A stretch of DNA of 64,000 nucleotides from Antedon mediterranea (GCF_964355755.1 NC_092680.1:16439045-16503044); one strand, 5' to 3'. Positions 15,101 through 27,984 are shown, counted from the first letter of the stretch. A program made the numbers and translations. The notes: generated by a model from the sequence alone, not told the origin.

Positions 15101-18100
15101 TGTAACTGCATGTGACGCGGTAGATATGTGTACTGAAGTAAGCTCAGATGGAATACTTATAGACAACTCTCCACCTGTCGCTGGATTTGTTTTTGATGGC
15201 AGCTCTGGTGGTGACATCAATTTCCAGAATTCTAGGTGATTTTGTTTTCTTGCTTTGGCTGTTTTTTTTTTATTTTTTAATATTTCACAATTTTGTCAGG
15301 GTTGTATATAGGCGTGGTCCAGCTAATATCTACCTACAGTGAAAAATACGATGAGCACCACCTTTTGGATTGTTTACGATTGCCGTTAACATAGTTTTTT
15401 TTATTTTCCTTCTTTTGCCAAAGAAAATAATTATTGTATTTCTTTTGTTTTATAGACGTATCTTAGAAGCACATTGGTGGGGCTTTAATGACCCACATTC
15501 TGGATTGTCTCATTTTGAATGGTGGGCTGGCACAACACCTGGAGGAAATGACATCTTGGCGTTACAAACGCATCATCTATCGGAGATTGTCTTTACTACT
15601 CTCAATTTTGATTTACCGTTAAATACAAAGATTTTTGTGACAGTGAAAGCGTATAATAAGGTTGGTCTTTCGGTGGAAAGAACATCTGATGGTTTCACAG
15701 TTGATGTCACAACGCCACAAATTATCAGGTCAATTGAGGTATCGTCAAGAGCGGGAAGTGCTGTCCCATCTAAACAGGTATATTTGTGTTATAATAGCTT
15801 ATATGTCAGAATGAGAAACAGAGAGGTTCTTACAATCAGTTACAGAAATACAGAATCTTCAAACAACATGTTATCCTCAGCAACAGCACACATTTTCAGT
15901 TGATCGTTTTACTTTATGTCAACTTAGTATTGTACCCTACCTCTACCTATCATGTGATACTATATTCAAGAACTACATTCCTAATTCAAATGTTCAAAAG
16001 TCACTAAATTGTTTGCAGCTCTGCTAATTTGGTCTATCTTTTGTACATTTGTGGTTTGTTACCTTTTTTCAAAGGTAAGTAATATACCATAATATACTAA
16101 ACTTTTTCATTATAAATATGCTATTTCTTCACATTACGAATTGAACTAGGTTTTTAATTCGTTGCTATCCGTACAATGGGAATTTAACGACAGTGAGAGT
16201 GGCATTAAACGACAATACTTATCGGTGTTTACACATCATGATGGAGACGTTGATGTTCCACTAACACAGGTAATTACGTAATTGATGTATTATTATTATT
16301 ATTATTATTATTATTGAATGATTGATATTTTATTGCAAAATGCAACATTGCTCATATTACGGTAAGCATCTGGCCTACTAGACATGTTAGGAAACAAAAT
16401 CCGCATTATTGTCATGTTTGACGTTTGTAATAATTACTCTCATATTTTAAACACATCATACATTTTTAACAAGGAACAACAGAGATTATGCATGTCGTTA
16501 TTTTTTAAAAATCTTTCATCAATAATAATTGTACAAAACAAATTTTAAATACCAATTTTAAAAAGAAAGAAAACCATACATTGTAGAATAGGTTGTAATA
16601 CATGTTATCTGTTTCAGATTGCAGGTTCAGAAATTGATTACACTTTCACAGATCTGGCCCTTCATGACGGCAGCAGATACCAAGTCAAAGTGGTAGCTTG
16701 TAATGGTGCTGAACTCTGCACTGAAATGTCAACTCCTGAAATATTGGTAAGTACATTAATAGTTCTACCCCAGTAGGTTATTTATTTTTAATTAAAAAAA
16801 ATAAAGTAACTTTATCTATGAAATTATTTTTCTGTATACATTTGAATTGTTCTATTAAATCAAATTGTTATTGATTACTGGCATTAACTTAACTAGTAGA
16901 TATTAATATATAAGAAATAGGGACGACAGAATGTAGCGTCGAACAGGCGTTTTTTCTTTTTTCTAGTATTGTCCGAAATATGTTTTGTCTAAAAGCATAA
17001 CTTACTTTTGTGTTTTTGAAAGGTTGATTCTACAGCTCCGACAGTCGGTACATTTGCTGTTAATACCGATCATGTTGCTGATCTAGACAGACACCAGTCA
17101 GGTTGGATGACATGGAAGCAAAACTCGCCTGTCAATGGCGTCCTGAATCTTGCGTGGCTTGGCTTTGTTGATTCTCATTCTGGCGTGAGTTATTACCGAT
17201 TTACGGTTGGAAGCAGCTATGCGGCATCTGATTTATCCCCTGTAAGTTTATGATAAAATTATTAACATTATTAAAACATCAAATAAGCCTCAACAATTAT
17301 AATAATTCCATAGACACACAGAAAAATGTTTATCTTTTAAAAAACCGTACAGTATGTGTTTGTAGATTGAAACTTAAATAAACTGTAATAAATTAATTTG
17401 ATAAAACTAAGAAGCAAAACTCAAGAGGAAACTGGTCAAATAGCAGTGGATATGTAACTAAAATAAAGGAACCGTTATTGATTTTATTATTAAATGATAA
17501 AGAAAGTTATTTAAATATTTTGATAATAATGTCAAATTATTTTCATTACGATACTATAGGATGGACCCATTGACGTTACACCAGATAACAATACTGTAGT
17601 AGCAGATGGTGATGAGGTTTTTACAGCATCAATACCCGTAATAGGTGATATACAGTCATCAGTAGTACTTTATATTTCACTTTGGGCCGTAAATGGTGTA
17701 AGTTGTACTATAATATTAAAGGTTTTATAACTCCAAATCTGGTGTAAAAAGATTTAAGCATATAATATATATATATAAACAAATCAGGCACAGAACATTA
17801 ATTCTAAACCGCCCGGTGATATACTGAAATTGAGAATGAGAAAAAGTCGCCCCAACCGAGGCTCGAACTCGGACCGCCTGCTTGATATGCAGATGTCCTA
17901 ACCATTAGACCCTTGGGGCTTTCATGGTATTGTTCGAAGTCGATTGGATAACGACTCTTTAACATTCTCGGCGTGGTACGGCGGAACAGCACTAGTCCTC
18001 AGTTGTACGCACGCGCACCAGAGATCAAATTGATACGCCCTCATCTTACAGTATTTTTATTCACGAGGCGGGATCTCAGAAGAGATACTTTTATATATAT

Positions 18101-18186
18101 AAACAAATCAGGCACAGAACATTAATTCTAAACCGCCCGGTGATAAACTGAAATTTAATTAATTAATTTGAAACGATAAAGATGAG

Positions 18187-18246
<60 letters not shown>

Positions 18247-21200
18247 AAAAAAACCAGAACATTTGTTTCTAAAAGTTTATCTACACAATTGTGTAAGAAT
18301 TGGGACGTAACCTATATGTAAGCACTACATTCAATGGCGGATATATAGAGGCACGCCGCACACTGTTTCTTTTCTTTAGTAGTTGTGTCATATTACTCTT
18401 TTGATATTAAATTTGATTTTATATTAGTAAACACCAAGTTTCACTATAAATTTTTTATTATATGTTATATATATATGGTTATTTGTTTATTTTTAAATTC
18501 ATCTTCTCTTATACATTGATACTAGGCTGGTCTTTCATCGTTAAGAGCACACTCTGCCTTTGAAGTCGTCTCATCTGGCGTTACAAATGAAGGAACTTTA
18601 CTGCTTGTAAGAAGATGCTCGGCTTATTCCTGTGAAGGTCATTGTACATGTGCACCTCAAAACCAAGTCTGTCTTCCTCCTGCAAATACACACTGCCAAG
18701 ATATTACTGATGGTATGTTAAATCATGCAATATTATAACTGACTGATAATGGGTAGACTAAGTTTAGCTACAGTAAATCCATTCATTTTCAAGAATTGCT
18801 ACAAATATTTTGAAATTGCTATACAATCTCATTGGAATCAGTAACTGCCTTTGATATATGACTAAGTTTCAATGGCATTATTGAAACAACATTTAAATAA
18901 TTAATAATTGATAAAATAATTGACGTATTGGGTGGCTCCATAATATAGAGACCAGATATTGGGTTTTCACTTCTCTCAACCTATTTGCAAGGAACAACAT
19001 AGTTAACCATCGCTATTAGGAATCGGTAAATTGAATTCCACATTTTCAGTAGGCAAAGCCAACTATCTGAATTCCTAAATAAAAAAAAACTGCCCTAATA
19101 TCAGGTACCAAGGTTCGATCATTTGAAAAGGCTATAACTATAACAACTATAAATAACATTATTTAATTGATATCTTACAGACCCAGGTACAGAGAACATC
19201 ATTGTAAATGATATTATTGATCTAAACCTTCTCACAAAAGACGATCAGAAATCCGATGTTAACTTTACATTTAGTCGATGTATGCTGGCGGCAACTTGGT
19301 CAGTTAATGGATCGTCCGCTCGTCAAGTTGAAAGGTAAACATTCATATTTTAAAAAGCTTTAGACATATCTCATAAAATGTATATTGTCTGTTTTGTAAA
19401 ATATTGTATTATATGAAATATTTAAAATAGTCGTAATATAATTTAGGTACGAGTGGAGTGCAGGAGACTTCTCATCGACATCAAAGCAACCGAAAGGAAT
19501 CTTCAATGCTGCCGTAGATCAAGTATGGTTTGACGTTGGCCAAGAAACATCTGCGGTTCTTATGCTTGACAAAGGTACACACATGATTTACACATTGGGA
19601 AGTTATTATTAGTTGTCTTTTACAGGTGTACACTATCATTGTTGTTTAATAAAATGTTCCAAACAAAGTTATATAAACTTTTCAGATAAACTACTGATGC
19701 CAAACCTTGTGTACTATTTCTTCATACGAGCTTGGTTTTCCCCCAACTCTTACGCAATGTATCGGTCGAACGGACTTGTAGTAGATGTCCGTCCTCCAGA
19801 TGTGACATCAAGAACAGGAATTGCTGTAAGTTATAGTTAAGTTGAATTATTCCTATTCTGTGTATCTTTGTTTGTTAAAAAAACAGCAACATATTTAATA
19901 ATAATAAAATATATCTATATCTAAAATAAACCACTTCCAGTAATAATCTTTGTCTATTAATGTTTATTATTAATGCTTTAGGTAAAAGAACACATCAACG
20001 ATAATGAGACAGTCGACACTGACTTTCTAACTGAAACTGATCACGTGAGTGTTTCTTGGCGTTATGTATTTCGTGATGAATCAGGAGGCATCAGTCACTA
20101 TGAAGTTTCACTTAGTACATTTCCAGGCGGTAAGTTATAAGAAAAACAATTTTTGTATCATGAAGAAAATATTATAGTAAAGCCATTACCTTTTTAAATG
20201 TTTTGGTATTATGCAAATATAAAAACGGAACATAAATATATATATACATCAGATAACAAAGTTTGTAATTAGAATAACATTGATAGTATGCTTCTCTAAG
20301 GTTAATACCAAAAGCATCATTGGTTTTGAGATCTCGTCAGAAGTTTCAGCCTCTAACGTGTCTTTATTCGTAGGTGATGATGTAAAAACATTTCTGGAAT
20401 TACCGGGAAATATTGAACAATATACCTTTGAATACTTGGCACTGAAGAATGGACAACGGTACTATACGAATGTCAGAGCTTATAACCACGCTGGTCTCCA
20501 CACTTTAGTTGTATCTGACGGATTTAGTGTTGATCTACAGCCTCCAATTGCAGGAATAGTTCTCGATGGAAATGGTAAGTATGTCATATTTGGTATTTTT
20601 CAACCTTTTTCCAAGTTTAATTAAATGACAGAGGTAATAAATAAGGTATTATTTTGCTAGATCTTTACGATGTCGAATATCAGGCATCAGCGATGGTTAT
20701 CAAGACTTCTTGGCATGGATTTATTGACCTTGAGTCGTTTATAAGTCATTTTGAATATTGTCTTGGCGAAACAGCAAATCCAAACGAGTGCAACATCAAT
20801 AAGTGGCAGAAAGTTAAGATCGGTAACTCGGTTACCGTATATCTGTCAAGAAATCTCACAACTGGTAGGATCATTATGTTGTTATGTTATAGGTTAAAGC
20901 TTTAAATGTACTCAAAGTATATGTATACTAAAATGTAGCACTGTAGAATTATAACGTATCTAATCAAATATTTAATTAATTTATATACATTTACTGATTG
21001 TTTATTGTTACAAAAGGTCAAAGGTATTTTGCAAAAGTTAGAAGTTACGATGCGGCTGGTCATGTTTCACCAATCGCCGTATCCGATGGATTTATTGTTG
21101 ATACAACACCACCAGTTCCAATGGAAAGGGTGTTTTACGGTAACAATATCTTAACAAATCCTTCATTTGAAGAAAGTTTGTATAATATACCTTGGAGTGG

Positions 21201-24200
21201 ACACGTTGAAGACATCCCTACCTGGATAGAATCTGATGATCCAGCAGGATGGTACTTAATGAACAACTCTAGAGTAGTTGTGTATACGTCGGAAAACAAA
21301 GCTCAAGATGGTAAAAAATTTGTGTTATTGCAAGGTGGACTAACTCAATCCATCAATACACAATCAAGTTGTCACTACATGTTGACTCTTTACACACATT
21401 TTGTGACGTCATCATCAGTGCCGTTAGTAAAGCAAGAGGCTGCAGTTGAAGCACCTGGTGTGCATCATATATTCAAGTTATACAATGGTAATGACATGAA
21501 TGGAAGTGATGATGTTTGGCAGAGACACGTATATTTCTTTACAGCCAATTCAATAGAAAGTGAAATTACCATATACACAGTCGGCACAAATGGACTGATG
21601 CTGTTAGACAATGTAACTGTAAGTAGTCACTTTTATCTTTTTTAATATACTTAGCTTCTACATATTATTTATAATGTAAATAATTCAGTTAGTTTTATCT
21701 AAGGAAATACGTTTTGATAACTGTTGCTGCCTGTAATCAAATTCCTGTTTTCAAATTAATATTGTAATTGTTTACCATTTGGTTACGGGAAAAAGAAAAT
21801 CAAGAAAACTCAAACACGTCTGTTGATAAATAAAATCTTCACTATTTCTTAGCTGTAATATTTAATAAAAATTAAAAGGCACACTAATGCCTTTTTCTTC
21901 AAAAGTGTGCATGTGTAGGACTACAGCAGTATAAAATACGTAAGCTGCTGCTTGTAGGCTTATTAGTATTTTATATTTTTTTTAAATACAATGATATTAC
22001 ATATTGTATTTGTAATTGCTTTTCATAGGACTAATAAATACGGTACAATTAAAAACAAAATACACTATTATTGATTTGTATCTAGGTTGCAACATATTCC
22101 TACCATGACAACAATGAAGATACAGCAGATGTGATTGGAGATGGAGCTATTCAGTTTAAAACTCAGTTCATGCATGATTGGTCATCAGTACATGCAATAT
22201 GGCACTTCATTGATCCAGAAAGCCCAATTGTGGATTACAAATGGGCAATCGGTAACCAAATTAGATGGCTTCTATATACTACTTTAACAGCCATGTTTTA
22301 GGATAGCTTACCAGGCCTGGAAGATTAATAATTAGGCCTACAAAACTACTCGTTTAAAAACTTTAATAAATAAGAAAATAAAGGCAATTATGAATTATTT
22401 CTAGGTACTGTCCAAGGAGGAACACAAATCCAAGGATTCAAATCTACTAGCACCAAAAAAGAAGGAATCAATAGTGACGTAGTTCTACAAAATGGCGTCC
22501 AAGTATACGTTACAGTGATTGCAACCAATGCAGCTGGTCTATCCACTCGAGTTATAAGTACACCATTAACTATAGATATGACAGAACCAGTTGTTGAATT
22601 CATTTGTGATGGTTTAGACACTTTTGATATTGACTATCAGACTGATCACAATGTAATAGTCACGTGGTCTGCATTTGATGCGCAAAGTGGAATATACTTG
22701 TGTGAATGGGCAATAGGTTTGTAACACAACAATCTATTGTTTTAAAAACAAACCATCAGATGTAATAACTATGTCTGGAACTTTTTATGACAGGGTTTTT
22801 ACATTTTCCAGTTTAAAGAGAACACCTGTTCATTTCCCAGAAATGAATGATAAGTGAGGTGAGATCATTTCAAAGGAGTATTGAACTAAAATACCATTTT
22901 AATAAAAAGTTATTATTCTTTATATAGGTTATCATCCATTAACGGACGAAATTCAGAAGTTTACGAAAGTAGATTGTGACAAAGAATTTGGATTAACTGT
23001 ATTGAATGAAACGAAATATGAAAATGTACCACTGTTTTCTACGATTAAGTTTCACAACAACGCCGGGATGAGCTCCAGAAAAAGTTCCGATGGAGTTGTT
23101 ATAGTAACTTGTCCACCAACTGTCGAATATGCTAATGTTCGGGTACTGACGTCATCGTCATCTCCGTACATACAACGTGGGTATTATCAGTCTGATACAA
23201 CTCACTTAGTTCTTACGTGGGATGGATTCTATGATCCTGTTAAAATCATTCGTTATGACGTAAGTTTCTGAACTACAGTATGCTTCTTGTGATAATGTGT
23301 TTCTATACTCAACATATATGCTAATATTTCTCATTTTCATTTTCATTTGTTTATTCGACAAAAAAATAGATACAGAACAGAACAGAAACAAAGCACAATG
23401 GTCAGGGGCAACTAAAGCAAAACAATTACTATAACTCAAAGAGTCAGTTGCCCCTTAAAAAAACATCGAAATACAAAAAATATTGCACCAAGTAAAACAT
23501 TTGTACAAGCAACAAAACATTGAAAGATCATCTTGCGTTTATGCAACAATGTTGTGCTCTTTCATTTCATTTCATTTCATTTATTTTTTCTCATAAAAAT
23601 ACAATATAAAAAAAACATGGACATGAACAAGAAAACATCACACAAAACCAGGCAGAGACAGGATTCCTAAAAAGCGAACTTAATCACTATCTAGTAGGTC
23701 TCCTATTGTACTGATTGTATAAAAAACATTTAGAATAAAATTTGTATTAAACAAAGCAATACAACTCATCATTGGTAAAGTTTAGATATTGTAAATTGAT
23801 AATAACGTAATCAGACAATAATAATATTCAGACACTCAATGTAGGCCTACTGCTTTTTTAATTGGTCTACTCCTAAGTTGTATGGTGGTGCAGGTATCTC
23901 TTTCTATATACTGTAGAGATAAACTTTAGCTTTGAACGACGATCCCAGTTATAGGCCTATATTGAACCGAATAAATGATGTCACAAAGACCTTTATATTG
24001 CCAATTCGTCTGGGGTTGCAGTGTAATGGTACGGTGTTGGATTAAACACAAATCTACGGTACTTAGGGATTCGCGTTTCCATATCTGTAGGCCTATTGGA
24101 AAATACTAAAAAATAATCTTTGTTCCAATGGTATTATCTCTATAGTGCTGCATTGGAACTAACATTACAACATGCACTGGGCAGTGGATCACCTGCGGAA

Positions 24201-24983
24201 CGTCCGAAGATACACAGGCAACTATCGATGATCTATCTTTACTGCCCCACATGAAGTATGTTGTGTTTGTTCGTGCTGTGAATCAAGTCAACATGACTAG
24301 TGATAGTGTTGCTGCAGAAGTTTCTATAGAGACATTGCCGCCAGTGATTATCAGTAAGTTATACACACACACACAACATAATGAATTCAAATTTACAGGT
24401 CATTCACCTGTGGGTCACTCTTTAAACATTTAATTTCGATATTGCGACAATTTAGTTGATGTGTTTTAGGCCGTATAGTCTACGCACAGACAAATAATTT
24501 GACCAGCAGGCTAAACTTGCGTTACCTAGCTCTGTCATGGTGTTTCAAGCATTATACATACAATGATTTATCTGCAAAGTGAACCATTGGAAGTCACATA
24601 TAAAAATCATTGAAATAAGAAAATAGTATGGTAGGCCAAAATATCCCTCTATCACATAGGCCTAAAACATCAATACTTTCATATATTGTTAATAAACACG
24701 TGTATTTTTATCTTCAGATAATGTTATACTGACATGGCCAAATACGGGAAATGTAAAGATAGACTGGGATGAAACATTCCAAGCTAATTCATCGTTAATC
24801 TATGAAGTGTCTGTTGGAACAAAAAATGGCGCTTCTGATGTTGTGCAATGGCTTGAAACATCAGAAAAAACTATGTTACTGAGTAACGTAGGCGTTAATG
24901 TTGACTACTTCCTAACGCTAACAGCAATTAACTGCGCAGGCCTGCACTCTACAGTTAACACTACATTCTATCAGATACCATAA
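17..24983 (+). CDS. Uncharacterised giant EGF + FN3/Ig-like repeat protein with a carbohydrate-binding-like domain (5'-partial, multi-exon)
   Basis: Exons traced by AG/GT boundaries and phase: 17-127, 653-904, 1356-1494, 1779-1986, 2137-2317, 4583-4858, 5272-5620, 5735-5855, 5996-6181, 6369-6569, 7006-7283, 7536-7680, 8259-8474, 8694-8847, 9215-9495, 9659-9859, 10127-10262, 10353-10481, 10728-11125, 11490-11655, 11911-12129, 12275-12486, 12647-12752, 13000-13116, 13630-13765, 14083-14263, 14483-14750, 15049-15235, 15456-15777, 16150-16269, 16618-16746, 17023-17241, 17560-17697, 18526-18712, 19181-19334, 19447-19574, 19686-19825, 19982-20129, 20374-20574, 20661-20864, 21017-21618, 22086-22251, 22405-22716, 22928-23259, 24146-24353, 24718-24983 (TAA 24981-24983). 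Splice phases match at every junction and the summed length stays in frame to the stop. Example of the recurrent motif: VDTSPPSAGFVYDG..DKDIQQ..FANWDGFID..YSWKVG..YTTVTACDAV. Confidence 0.9.
2461..4282. mobile_element. Non-autonomous foldback-type DNA transposon with tandem-repeat terminal inverted arms
   Basis: The left arm (2461-2698) is tandem ~17-bp GGACAACTACCCCCTA units. The right arm (4105-4282) is the reverse complement (TAGGGGGTAGTTGTCC). An extra internal left-type arm lies at 3439-3490. No transposase ORF and no clear TSD. Confidence 0.8.
7860..8110 (+). mobile_element. Diverged SINE sharing the same central domain but with a different tail
   Basis: GGTGGTAGAACAAGTCTTTCAGATAAG..GTGTGCACTTTAAACCCAGTACATCTTTCGGAAGAGTAGAGGGTTACCCCGGTGTACTGG matches the core of the two SINEs above. 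Confidence 0.6.
17768..18155. repeat. About 64-bp direct repeats (period 324 bp) flanking the tRNA-like gene
   Basis: TATATATATAAACAAATCAGGCACAGAACATTAATTCTAAACCGCCCGGTGATAWACTGAAATT at about 17768-17831 and 18092-18155, with one mismatch. Confidence 0.9.
17848..17919 (-). tRNA. tRNA-Asp(ATC)-like gene or tRNA-derived element
   Basis: Minus strand folds as GCCCCAA GG GTCT AATGGTTA GGAC A TCTGC ATATCAA GCAGG CGGT CCGAG TTCGAGC CTCGG TTGGGGC G (72 nt): 7/7 acceptor stem, 5/5 T stem, anticodon ATC, G73, followed by a TTTTT Pol III terminator. G8 and A32 are non-canonical, so it may be a pseudogene. Confidence 0.7.
18189..18242. repeat. (TA)n microsatellite
   Basis: Uninterrupted AT dinucleotide run of about 54 bp. 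Confidence 0.95.
21017..21618 (+). CDS. Gene 1 exon with a galactose-binding-like (CBM_4_9/DUF642-like) domain
   Basis: NILTNPSFEE...GW...AQDGKKFVLL..GLTQSINT....Y.LT...WQRHVYFFTA....I.......LLDNVTV matches the N-x-x-x-N-P/G-S-F-E ... L-D-N-V framing of jelly-roll carbohydrate-binding modules. Confidence 0.7.
24718..24983 (+). CDS. Gene 1 terminal coding exon (last FN3-like repeat and stop codon)
   Basis: ttcag acceptor. Translates ..VILTWPNTGNVKIDWDETF..YEVSVGTKNGASDVVQW..YFLTLTAINCAGLHSTVNTTFYQIP*, followed by AT-rich 3'UTR-like sequence. Confidence 0.85.
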
Positions 24984-26129
24984 ACATAATATTATAACTA
25001 TGCCATCTTTTGTTTATGAAATGAGAAACATAAAGTATGTTAATACAGTTTTTAATCTTACAAATAATAATAATTATAATGAATCAAATGTATAATGATA
25101 TTTCGGAATCCCATGACCAGCCTCAAGCTTCCCAATTATTGTAGATTTAAAATTAAATCATTATAACATGTGTTACAACTATTTTAAGTTATGATTCTAA
25201 ATAAAATAAGTATAAGTGAAATTATACATACAATATTAATCATTTCAAACAAAAGACTTCTGAAGATTGAATGTGAAATAATATTTCAAATATTTTATTA
25301 ATTTATTATTAAGAATTTTTGTTCTACAAAATTAAATGTTAAAATTAAGATCAGTAAAGATATTGATATTTTATGTATTGCCAATAATCAAGTATGAGAA
25401 AAAAGAAAATTAAGAAGAGAAGTTATCCAGTCTATTTAACAAAATGTTAATATAACCCAGAATATCAGGCATGGAATCGGTACTAAATAAATTTGGTTTA
25501 ATAATATTAGAAACTATGAGATTGTAGTTGGATGGAATTATATGATTGGTTAATTTCGTATCACGCGCATACGTGATTTTATACAAATAATGAATGTTTA
25601 TAAGTTGTGATGGTGAGATTATTTCGAGAGTTGAACGATGGACTACTACATTTGAATGAGGCGAAGCTGAGAATTGAATAGAGCAGTCAATCTTTTAATA
25701 CAATATTTATCCATTCAAAGAATACAAAACTTTCATTATTTGTTTTTATAAACTTTTATTTAATTTATACACCAGTTCAATCTTGAAATCTGGCCATAAG
25801 CAGAACTCCAATTTTGGACGCGAAGTAGAACATTATGTTGAAAGGTTGCAGTCAACTACCTCGCATGACAAACATTCTCAAAATATTTTCAAAAAATTGA
25901 ACGTGCATTAGCACCAACCAGCAATATTATCACCATTAAATAGCACGAATATATCAAGTGTGTTGTAATAGTTTATAAAACGAAAGTCTCGTAACTTAAA
26001 GTCTCATTCAACTTATACGTTCATTTTTTGTACAGTAGGCCTAGATTATTACTATATGACATTTCAACGATTAATCATTACGGTAGGCGTACAATAGAAA
26101 AAAAATATGAATATACTTTAAAATACGTA

Positions 26130-26850
26130 CCTTGATACGATTCAACCAGAACAAAACCAATTTCTATAATGAGAAAGGAGGATCATGTACAGCGCACATA
26201 ATCATTATAATATATTGATTTGTTGTCATGAATATCATTGTTCAGTGCTCCGATATACGCACGATGCAACCAGAACAAAACAAATTTGTATAATCGGGGA
26301 AGAGTGAAATTATATCCAATATCCAATATAGCAAGTATACTCGGCCCGGGCTCAGGCTGGGTTTCAATTGATAGTTTAAAACTATTACGATCATTTTGAT
26401 ACCTCATTGACGTGTTAATATCTCCCATAATTTAAAACTATCCCAGACCAAATTCGAGTTATGTTGATATCCTTCTATTGAAATTACAAACCATAGTTTA
26501 AATTACAAATTACGGTTATGTTGATATTCAGTTACTCCGAACCCACAACCTGTTTCAAATGTAGTTTAAAACATTTCCAATACAATTCTGGGATGTTAAT
26601 ATCCTATTACTTTCAATCCACATCCCCTGATTTGCAGTTTTCAAATGAGTTTAAAATACAAGATTACCAGTAAAATTTCGGTCATGTTGATCCTCTATTG
26701 GCTTAACCCGATGCACTTCCCGAGTGTGAAAATTCGTAGTACAATTCTGGTTAATTTTCTAGTCTACACAGTACCTCTAGCCCAAACCCCCGGACTCGGA
26801 GGAATCTCTAAAATTTAGTTTATTATAAACCTTCCCAGTACAATGTCATC
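26130..26850. repeat. Degenerate intergenic tandem repeat region
   Basis: CAACCAGAACAAAAC.AATTT.TATAAT occurs twice (about 26143 and 26266). CAAATT..GG.TATGTTGATAT-like units recur at about 26449, 26506, 26583 and 26672. Confidence 0.45.
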
Positions 26851-27984
26851 ATTTTAATGTAGGCCTTGGTAACGTGCAAAAACCAAAATGTTTACGAAGA
26901 TGACCTAACCACCACGTTTCGAAAATTCAAGGTATGTTGAATTATTATGTGCTGTAAGTGTGTTTAAAAAACATTTTACACCACTATAAACCTAACAGTG
27001 ATATCTCGTAGTGCATGCTCCTGAACTTTCACCATTAACTTAATGGAAGTTCCAGTTTTCCATATTACCTTAAAGAAATGTAAGGTATTTGTATCCTTTC
27101 TAAAATGTTACTACATACCATTTCATTCTCATCATGAATAAAGTAAAAACAAATCAAAATCCTAGGGCGCCTCTCAGGTCAACAAACTATTACGGACAAG
27201 AATGATTTATTTTAGTCTTTAGTTTCAATAGAAAATACTGAAAGTAATCATCACAGACAGACCAAATTAATCATTATTTTGATAAAGAAATATTTTTTAA
27301 GATACAGACAAAAAAAATCAAATGTGGTGGTGTATCCATTCGTATCAGATATGATTGACTGCACCCTGTTTGGAATGATACGGAAACTTTGTTTTTGCTC
27401 TTTAGAAGGAAAGAAATTATTGCTCTTTGTTTATACAGAGAGCTAGAATTCAACTAAATTTCTATTATTTCGGAAAAATGTCATCCATCAACAAACGTAC
27501 AAACAGAAAACGAAAATTTGCAAACTCTAAACTTAAATATATAGGCCATAGGATACTTCTCCATCTACAAAACATTTTTGAGTTATGAAGCATATGTTTG
27601 CGCGCAAACACAAGTAGTATTACTACTATTACTACTATTCAACATACGTTACATGAAACCATAGATAGATTTTCGCATATACTCATTAAAGGAAGAGACA
27701 CCATGTTCAATAAACATCATACTGGCACTAAACTGCTTCTAGAGACATTCAGTATACAGCGCATAGCATTATTGTAATTCTAGTCGGACAAATTGTTAAA
27801 GCTACAATCACTGAAATCAAACGCCCAGATGGACGGTTGCATCATCAAATATAGAATGCTATGAAATTCTAATCTCGTAAAATCCATAATGATACTTTAA
27901 AAAAATGTATATTGAAATACTAGTGATGACCTCTCCCATGAGAATTATAATTCTAATGTTATAAATGAACTAATTCATTCAAAT

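Noticed and set aside
17804-17992. 62-aa minus-strand ORF
   Set aside because: It overlaps the tRNA-like cloverleaf and has no coding features.
652-24433. Reading the ORF-track fragments as separate small genes or a prokaryotic operon
   Set aside because: They are exons bounded by AG/GT that splice in phase into one protein, and many ORF-track starts are non-ATG codons within introns.
25486-25491. AATAAA as the gene 1 polyadenylation signal
   Set aside because: The hexamer is common in sequence this AT-rich and cannot be assigned without 3'-end data.
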